DNA of 63,762 bases, counting the filler, from Collodictyon triciliatum (taxonomy: Eukaryota): the NCBI GenBank assembly GCA_043381765.1. It is 5 parts of 5 records of this genome, joined end to end, with 100 filler letters (N's around TTAATTAATTAA, not from the genome) between each part and the next. Parts side by side here need not be neighbours in the genome. Positions count along the whole stretch, not along the records: positions 54,750 to 59,639 come from JBHJMP010001525.1; positions 59,740 to 63,762 come from JBHJMP010001565.1; 3 more parts are not named here. The stretch is one strand, 5' to 3'. The position numbers and the translations under genes were made by a program. Below, one piece after another: positions 55,042 through 63,762 of the stretch (its first letter is position 1; every line of letters starts with the position of its first letter). The notes beneath the pieces are model-generated. The model was not told where the DNA came from. It worked only from the letters and a program-made list of their open reading frames with translations, and did no database searches.

Positions 55042-56286
55042 TTAATACACACTGGGCAAATGCTTGCGGAAGGAGTCGAGGGATACCTGCGGGACGGAAG
55101 ATGAGCGACAAGGTACGAACAAGAATAAGTCAAAGTTTCGTTGTGAATTAAAGTAGGGTGATGGGAAAGAGTCTATATCAAATAAATAAATAAATTAATA
55201 AATCAATAAATAGATGGGGTAATTGAAGAGAGAAAAGAACTGACCTCTGATGAGCCTGTCTCTTTGGATGCCAGCGAGAACGCACGGTCGAATTGTTCCC
55301 CGTTGATGCTGACACCCGAACTCATTATGATGTCCTTCAACTGAACGAAATAAACAGGACAGTTTTTAGTATTCCAACAGAATACTTGTGTGCTGGGTAA
55401 GTGATAATAGAAACTCAGATAGATTTTTGTATGCATATGAAGGGATAAAGATAAAAGTATCAATTATTCGCCTACACAATTTCTTTTTCTCTTTCTCCAA
55501 AAACGATGATAAAAAAGAGAATCACAAGAATACTTTATAACTTATCGGGTACCTCTTCATAGCCAAGTGGCATCAGCATTTCGCGCTCAGAAACACCCAT
55601 CTCAGAAAACCTGTTGGGATTCACTACATTCTTTGCCGCTAGTTCATCGCCGTAGTTCTATGAGACCGAGAAGGCGATGGATTAGGCATAGACTATCAGA
55701 TACATATAAATTGCTGACTGTGGAGCCTCGGCTGAAATGGTGTGTATTAAACGAAATGACATGAAAGAAAAAGAAAAGGGGGAAATATTAGATAAAGAAG
55801 CGCACGAGAGGGTTTGTCACTGATTTGATGGGCGGCAACTTCAAGTCAGACCGAATAGAGGGAGTCCCAAATGTGCGAGAGACATTCAAAACTGTTTGAT
55901 TGTGACATAAAATTAAAAAAAAAAAATAAAACAAAACATATTCAACATTTCTGTTTTCCTTGGAGGATATGCTCTTCTCGCACAATCAAGAATTCGAAAA
56001 CATCTGCAATATAATGAATATGCTCACTTCACTTGTAAATGATAAAGGTTATAAAGAGGAAACGAGAGATGAATACCTTTTGTGTTTGGAGAAATTCCAC
56101 GACGATACGTGCCCAGGTCGGGGTCGGGCTGCTGCTCTTCCTTCGTGTAAAGGCCGCTGATAGCTTCGCCCGCTGTGTAGTTTCTTCCTGTGGATTCCAG
56201 TCCAAAGACACGATTGGGGTCGTGTTGGTCTTTAGCAGCTCTACCATTCGCAGTATTTCGGTTAGATGCGGGAGTGGACGCAGAAG

Positions 56287-56328
<42 letters not shown>

Positions 56329-58768
56329 CGAAAACGTATAAGTACAAGAATGGGGAATCAGGAGTATGCAATAGACCACATCGACACACGAGAAACCCCA
56401 GAGATTTCAGGCTTACAGGGACTTTCGCACTTTCCCTAGAGAGTAATGGACATGTTGTTCACGACGGTCAACTACCGAGTTCACGATTTGCTGAGGCTTG
56501 CCTCTATTGCCATTTTCATGAAATGGAATGATTATTGGCTATGACTGTAACTTATTGACTCCAGCGTGGGGGGAAAAAAGTATGAAGGGAAATAAGACAG
56601 AGCCGATGGACAATTCTGAAGGCAAAACTATACGTTGCTGCATCTCCTCCGTTCCAAATGAGAGACTTCTTCACGGGCTCTTCTTCGTAGGGGAGTTTGT
56701 ATCCGAATGCAAAGGATTTGGGATCGACTCGAGTAGTGCTCCAATCATATCCTCTTGTTCTTTGTTCGCCTGATAGCATGATACAGTTGATTCATATGCG
56801 CAGTCACTTCAAACATGTCTGCGGTATATATTGAACCAGGAGCAGGTGATACGGAATAAAAAAAAAATCGCATAGTATAGTCCCCATCTGCATGAGATAG
56901 AATAAAATCGTTATAATATGTGGGCGATTGTGTACCAGAGTCGTAGTCACGATGTGTTTTTTTGTACAATTCTTTAGCAGCCGGGTCTTCCTGGTGTTCC
57001 AGTGGATACATGATGTCTTTGGCGGGAGGGCCTGTGTTTGTTTGTTTGTTTGTTTGTTTGTTTGTTTGTTTGTTTGTTTGTTTGTTTGTTTGTTTGTTTG
57101 TTTGTTTGTTTGTTTGTTTGTTTGTTTGTTTGTTTGTTTGTTTGTTTGTTTGTTTGTTTGTTTGTTTGTTTGTTTGTTTGTTTGTTTATAGATATGAGAG
57201 GGATTATATTTGGATTGTCAAGCATGCATTCTAATCTGAATGTTTCGATGAGTATGTCTTCGCTAACAGTTTTGTTTTCTTGTTTGGAATAGTGAACACA
57301 TGCAAAATGCAAACATGGCTCAGGTGGATGACCAAACGAGAAGCCTGGCTCATAGACTCGATCAGGATAGGAGTAATTGCGGGATAAGCTACGACCCAAG
57401 GGAGCGTTCTATTTTGATGATTAACAGTATGTTAGAAACCCCTCAAATTAAGATTACTCGACAAGAAGCTATATGAAGGTGATGATTTATTGTTTTACTT
57501 TCATCGCCAAGCATTTTATAGAAAGAAAAATAAAAACAAAAATTAAAAAAAAAAGCCTGCCTTAATTCATATATATTGAGAACTGAAGTCTCACCTTGTG
57601 GGAATGATATATAGACTCTTTATGCTCGATAGCTGCTTGAGCGAAATTAGATATCGGCTGTGGGTTCAGCATCACATTGACCTGTATTATAAAAGAAAAT
57701 GACGGTGCTACTCATTGAAAGTCTGGATATAATTATAAAGAAAAAGAGCGGAAATATGTCGACGAGCTTCGTGGGCGATTCAGACATCTACATACACCGT
57801 ATGTGTAATGAATGCGGTCCCCGTACGCCTCTGACTCTGCCTGGAACGGTGGGTCGTCGGCTCGTCCGGGATGCCTCACTGTGACGCCTACAAGAAATGC
57901 AGACACAGAATCAGCATACAGGAGCAGATAAAGAAAGAAAAAGAGAAATACTTTAATTGGCATTGCTCTACACAAGAACTGACAAGACATTATATGGTCG
58001 ATTATGATATTTTCTGTTGGTGTCATATTAATTCTGAATTCAATTGCAGTTCATCTTGGATTAATTCGATTCCAGTGTGTTTCATTATTCGCCATTCAAG
58101 AAGTGAACTATCGAACGTCTGAGTGTGGCTTTGGCTTTGGCTTTGAATAAAAAAAATATATGTATAATCGAGAAGAACAAAGGACAAAAGAGAAAGCGTC
58201 TTCTTCAGCATGCAGGATATACCTGGAGATCCGCGTCCAGAGAGTCTATATTTGCGCATGTGTTCGGGCGTTGGTGGAGGATCTTCTGGGTTCATGCAGT
58301 CTGCAGTGGATTCGAACGGACGATGCGTTAATCTTCCAGCCTAAATGAGTAGCAAGGTGATGAATACTTGGGGGATGGATCATAGTGCGCTTGGAGGAAA
58401 GACTTCCAGTTTGGTTGAATGTGTTTTTGGCGTCGTATTCTTCCATTCACCCTGTCTGTGCAATGTTACTGAGGATTCTCTTATTGAGTGTTATACTGAC
58501 TGTGAGTTTTTTTTCATCATTGTGGATTCTTATTTGAGGTATTTTTGGAGAGTTTATTGTAAATGTGAGTTGACAATATGTGCCTTTTTTTTCTCGTTTT
58601 ATGTAAATATTGAAGATTTTCTTTTGATTTCTTTTTTTAAGGAACAGGTTACATCATGAAGGATAGTTCATTATTATTAATAAAAAAAATAAGAAAAAGT
58701 ACCGTGGTGAGTCCGGCACAGGTTTCGCGGACGGGATTGATGTTGTTATTTGCAAGAAGCTCTGACAT
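55042..58768 (-). CDS. EFHB: EFHB / CFAP21-like ciliary protein
   Basis: Motifs include PPTPEHMRKYR, KESIYHSHK|NAPLGRS, ELYKKTHRDYD.GEQRTRGYDW, QQPDPDLG, RTFGTPSIRSDL and NYGDE.AAKNVVNPNRF. The gene ends VSLDSFRKHLPSVY*. Confidence 0.85.
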
Positions 58769-59639
58769 TTTCCCGATCTCTTTCACTTGTCTGTGTTTGT
58801 CTCCACGAATACAAGCGGGTTTTCGCCAAACTTTATCTGCGTTTGCAATGACGAAACAAATAAGGACCCGACACTAAAACAACTAAATAGTCATATAATG
58901 GCTTGTGTGAATAAAATAAAAGAAAAAATATACTCTCAAAAATCGGGGTGTTAGAAAGGTAGTTGTGCCTTGAAAAAAAAAAAAGAGAGAGAGAGAGAAG
59001 GGATCTATCCAGGGTTTCCTTTTTCGTTTTTTGTATAATCTAGAATACTCGCTTAGAACAACACGCAGCGCTACGATTTGATAACGTAGACATTTGGGCA
59101 CTTTCGCAGCTAAAACTTTCTCTACCTTCACAAGGACTGGGAAAGTCGATTGGGCAAGTCAAGTCAAAGCTCTTCGCGCCCGATATTCAGCCGATCGGTA
59201 GAGGAAAGGAACGAGAGAGAAAGAAACACAAGACGTATACGACTTTGGCGGAGGACTCGCGATGCCAACAACTCGGCACTGAACACGGGCGACCAACTCA
59301 TGAAAAGTATCAACTGCGCTTTGCGTGCGTGTGTGACTTTCCGCTGCTTTTTCAGAGGCGCTTTGTGTGATTCATCAGCGGGTCTGCGCTTTTGGAAATG
59401 ATCAACTTTGATCAGTGCGTAACGGCTTTCCGTTAAAGGCGATTAATCATTTGATAATGTGGAAAATAATTTAATAATAATATAAATTGATAAGTTTGCA
59501 TCATCGACCATATTATCGAACAATTTGTAATTAAAAAACAATAATATATACAATTGCGTATTCAGCATTCCCTATGTGGTAGAATTCAGTGAGGAAGGCC
59601 GAAAACATCACATCTTCCATTATTGCTTTGATGACGATA

Positions 59640-59739
59640 NNNNNNNNNNNNNNNNNNNNNNNNNNNNNNNNNNNNNNNNNNNNTTAATTAATTAANNNNN
59701 NNNNNNNNNNNNNNNNNNNNNNNNNNNNNNNNNNNNNNN
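59640..59739. other. Artificial contig linker
   Basis: TTAATTAATTAA at 59684-59695 between N runs. Confidence 0.95.
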
Positions 59740-59861
59740 GTTTTGTTTTGTTTTGTTTTGTTTTGTTTTGTTTTGTTTTGTTTTGTTTTGTTTTGTTTTG
59801 TTTTGTTTTGTTTTGTTTTGTTTTGTTTTGTTTTGTTCAGTGAACATATGCATTTGGTTAC

Positions 59862-59927
59862 CTCGAAGATGACGCGGCCGGCAGACTTGCCTCCGATGGT
59901 GATGTCGAAGAAGACGCGGTTGGCCAT
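59862..59927 (-). CDS. Cyclophilin-type peptidyl-prolyl isomerase, first exon only
   Basis: MANRVFFDITIGGKSAGRVIFE is followed by a GT donor and an (AAAAC)n intron that runs into the contig end. Confidence 0.85.
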
Positions 59928-60608
59928 TCCTGGGATGAGTTAGCTTTGTCACAAGCGAAAGCCACAGAGATTGAAGAAAATAAAGCTGGTGAAAGGGCAG
60001 TCGAAAAGGGTTCTGTGCTGTGTGGGGTGATGTCTATTCCAGTAAAATGCTTTCTTTTCATTTGGTTCTTGTTGTCTGTTCCTCTGCTTTTCCTTTCCTT
60101 CCGCCTTTTTATCTTCTTTTTCTCGTTGCTTGCTCTTTCGTGTTGCGTAGAATCGCGTTTGATTGTGTTCGGATCCTGCTAGTGTGAGTGGCAAACGCGA
60201 CAAACTGATTAATGGGGGAAAATCGTCATCCCAACAGATAAAAATCACATTAAATAATATAAACTTAAACCCATAATTCAAGATATCCTTATGTCAATAC
60301 TACATAGATGTTCTAATTTGTCAAAAAGGGTTATAGTTGTGATTGATAGAATTAAAAAAAAAGCGACAAAATTTGATATGAATCAGGGCTTAACGAATCG
60401 CATATATATCTTTTTGGTTGGGTGGTGCCAAAAGCTTCTGTTTTTTTTTTTATGATGGGGGTTTTCTTCTTCGTATTACTGGGTTTTAATCATTGGATTT
60501 TCACAATCAAAAAAAGAGTCTCCATGGAGGGACGGTCTTCTTTGGTTTCAATTGTTTTATTATTTGTTTATATTATTATTTCTGGGATTATTAATGGAGC
60601 ATCAGAAG

Positions 60609-63575
60609 CTAATCGTCTCCTTGGCCTCTCTCCTCTGAGTCGATGGCAGCGTCGGGCCTGTTTCGCTCCATGGGGTACTTGTCCAGGCATCGCAACCAGT
60701 CGGAGACTCTGCACATAATACAGCACATGGAAACCCAGAGAAGAAAATTAGAAAAAAAAATGGATGACAAAAAAGTGTCATCAGTGTAGTCACCCTCATT
60801 AGATCACTTCACATCAATAAAGCAGAAAGAGTCCTCTTCACCAAATACCAGAATATGTATTCCATTCATCAAAACAGTGTTACTGTCCAGCATTCGACTG
60901 TATTGGCTATGTCATCTTTATTGCATTCATCTCTAACTTACATGAACTGTGTTCTCTCTGTCTCTAAGATGTGCGGGATGATATACTTCCTTCGGAATTC
61001 GGTCTTTGTGCCCTATGTTGTAATGTAAGCTCGATTGATTATTCTATGTATGCGAAGCATAGTAAAAAAAACTGCTTGGGACACTGTAAAGATAGGAATA
61101 CATTCCAATGAGGTGTATGTGCATGGAAACTTATGGGATTATCCGCGTACCTCCACTTTCTCGTCAACGAACAACGGTTCCTTGTTCCGATATCTGCTTT
61201 CGTATCCCTTATAGTAGCACTGGAAGAAGAATAAGAATAAGAAATTATTTCTACAACATATATATTTGACTTTATTGACTGTGTTTAGTCGTGAAAAAAA
61301 AAATCCGGGTAATAATGACATATAACGCAAGAAATTTAATTAGCAGTTGGCTGCAAATTCTAATCTCTGGCAGATATCGTAAAAAAGAAGCATTTTAATC
61401 TAAAGAATGTATATTCGGTACGGATCAAGCGAAATGCTAATGAATTGCTTCTTAAATAGGCTAGAGAACAACACTTGTTATTGTTATCATAACAATTAAT
61501 TAAAATCCAAAGTATTTTACTTTTTCAAGAAACAGGCCAGTTGCTGGTGCCATTGGCGTCTTCATAATTTTGGGCAACATTGTTTCCATGAAATTATCCT
61601 CACTCAAATCACCCCGGACGACAGATACAACCGTGCCTTTTTTTATACTTCGTGTCAGTAACTCATTTCAGAATGAAGAAAGGCTGACTTCATAGTTATA
61701 TGAGTACGAAATGGGCCTTCATGTGAAAAAAAAAAGTACATTGGAGGTAATACGTGTTAAATACTTTGAATATTCAGAAATTACCGGAATTCTAAAAAAG
61801 AACTATATAGAAAAATTCAACAAACGTACCGACCATCTTCCTGATTTGATGAAGCATAAAGCTTTGTCCAACAACCGTCATTAAAACAACTTCAAATCCA
61901 TTTTGTTCAAACGGCTCGCTACACTTTTGACACACGAAAAAAAATGTATGAATTACATTAAATAAACGAAGAAAAATTAGTATTATCAAATGCTTTGCTT
62001 AAAAGAGAGTAATCATAATACATCAAAGTTTATGAAACAGTCATATACTTCAAACGATTGAATGACTCTCATCGAGCTTGGGTCTGCAGCTTTCTTTTGC
62101 ACAGTGTAGTTATGGAAGTTGTGTGTACCATCAAATTTTGCTAAGGTTCTTCTTATTAATCCAAGATTTTCTCGAGAAAGCTTAAAATCTGGGGCATAAA
62201 TGGTGTGTTGTTCTACAGGACCGGTGTTTGCAGGAGCAAAAGCAAAAGTGGGTATCATATAGCTGTATTTTCTCCCTTCACAATGATTTTTTGCATTAAA
62301 GGAACCAGTCACACGGGAGTAATCTATAATTCGAATTTTAAACTGTTAATATATCTTTTGGCCTAAAATTATTCAGTAGGTTTGTTATTATATATCTATT
62401 ACATTGCATAGTATCACCATCTCGATATACATATCAGTTTTTAAAAATAGCGCAATTTATATATATATATATTTTTTGCAAATTATTAAATTATTTTGGA
62501 ACAGAAACTTCTACATTTTGGATTCCACTATTTTTTCCTTCATATCATAGTAATATTACCTATGAATCGTATTTGTTCAGGAAGGTGCTGATTGATGCTT
62601 TCGATGATGTTGGGTATCATCAAAGCCTTCACAGTGACAATCTATGGGTAAATTTTGGGCATTTTATCATCCAATTGCATTCGTTTAGTCACAAACAGAT
62701 TTATTTTCTCCTTAATTCGATTCAAAGAGTCACAAACACAATAAATTAATTGATTCAGCGAAACGTTAAGATTTTTTTTAATAGTTTCTTTGATTTCAGG
62801 CCACCTGTCCAAGCGCGCTGACACCCTTATCAGTTCGAGCGGCCCTTTGCCATCCAATCTTTTGAAAGAAAAATATGTTTAATAGTACGCTCTTTGAATC
62901 GAATATGGATAAAAAAAATTGGTTAATAGTACGCTGATAAGTATTGTAAGTTATTATCTTTGCCCCTCTATCTCTCCTTAAATGCAAAGAATATAAAAAT
63001 TAATATAAAGACAGCTGAAATGGTTTATAGAATAAATCACTTTGTGAAAATCCCCGTGATTGTCTGCAGATACCACCCCAGCTTTGAACATGGCCAGTTC
63101 CATCTCACCTTCCAGTGTTTTAGCTCCCGGATTACTATTGAGACATAAGATAAATAGAGGAAATCTAAGAAATTATGTTTATTATAGAAAACAAATGCAT
63201 ATAAAACTGTTTAATCAAAGATTGACACATAATACGCTATCAATAGTCCTTCACACGAGACGGAAAGTTCTAATAGAAATAGAGTCTATGAGCACTCTAC
63301 TATCTATTCACCTTCAAACCCCTTACGTACTTTATGTCGAAAGAAAGAGCTATGCAAACGAGGCAAGAAGAAGAACAAGAAAAAGAAGAAGAAAAAAGAA
63401 AACATCTTTAAAGTCAATAGCGAGCGCCTTACTTTTGGAGACCTTGATAGCCCTCTCCGTTGTAAGAAACCAACAAAGCGATTTTTCTTTTGGGGTAAGG
63501 ACTTCTTTTGGACTGCCCAGCCTCTTCCTGATCCTGCTCGGATCCTTTTTGGCTCCCAAAATCCTCATTGTGCAT
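60609..63575 (-). CDS. PUS1: tRNA pseudouridine synthase Pus1 (TruA family)
   Basis: Motifs [19 protein letters not shown], catalytic [53 protein letters not shown] and [10 protein letters not shown]. Stop TAG at 60609-60611. Confidence 0.93.
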
Positions 63576-63762
63576 GGGGAAGGAATACTCTGGACGGTCC
63601 GGCAGACCAGGAGAGAAGAAACTTAACAAACAGGATATGATATAGGCAAACAGAAAGGCTCCAAACTCAAAAAAAAAAAAAAAAAAAAAAAAGGCACAAC
63701 AAAACCCCCCCCCCCCCCCCCCCCCGGGCCCGTTTTCCGTTCCTTCCCCTCCACCTTTCGCC

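Overview
This is eukaryotic, AT-rich, intron-dense genomic DNA, most likely from a flagellated protist (inferred from the EFHB and SAM-kinesin-13 genes). The window is not one locus: four N-padded TTAATTAATTAA linkers (17608, 37040, 54694, 59684) join five assembly pieces, so gene order across them has no meaning. Spliced genes were reconstructed by eye. They are a GILT-like thiol reductase, an intronless multi-pass membrane protein, an unknown protein, an LRR / Cys-rich / multi-TM receptor, a GAF-domain protein (partial), DDX49/Dbp8 (partial), Serinc, a SAM-domain kinesin-13, a DUF4062-NACHT-TPR STAND protein, TSEN54, a large WD40 protein, KLHDC4 (partial), EFHB, a cyclophilin (partial) and PUS1. 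Three features stand out. (1) The NLR-like STAND gene encodes its TPR sensor region as eight consecutive 126-nt phase-2 exons, one repeat per exon. (2) The LRR receptor encodes 15 consecutive LRRs as single 63-69-nt phase-1 exons. Both are frame-preserving cassette arrays suited to receptor diversification. (3) A ~1.2-kb inverted repeat is formed by two head-to-head LINE-like 3' remnants and could fold into a long dsRNA hairpin. All exon boundaries are manual GT/AG readings without transcript support.
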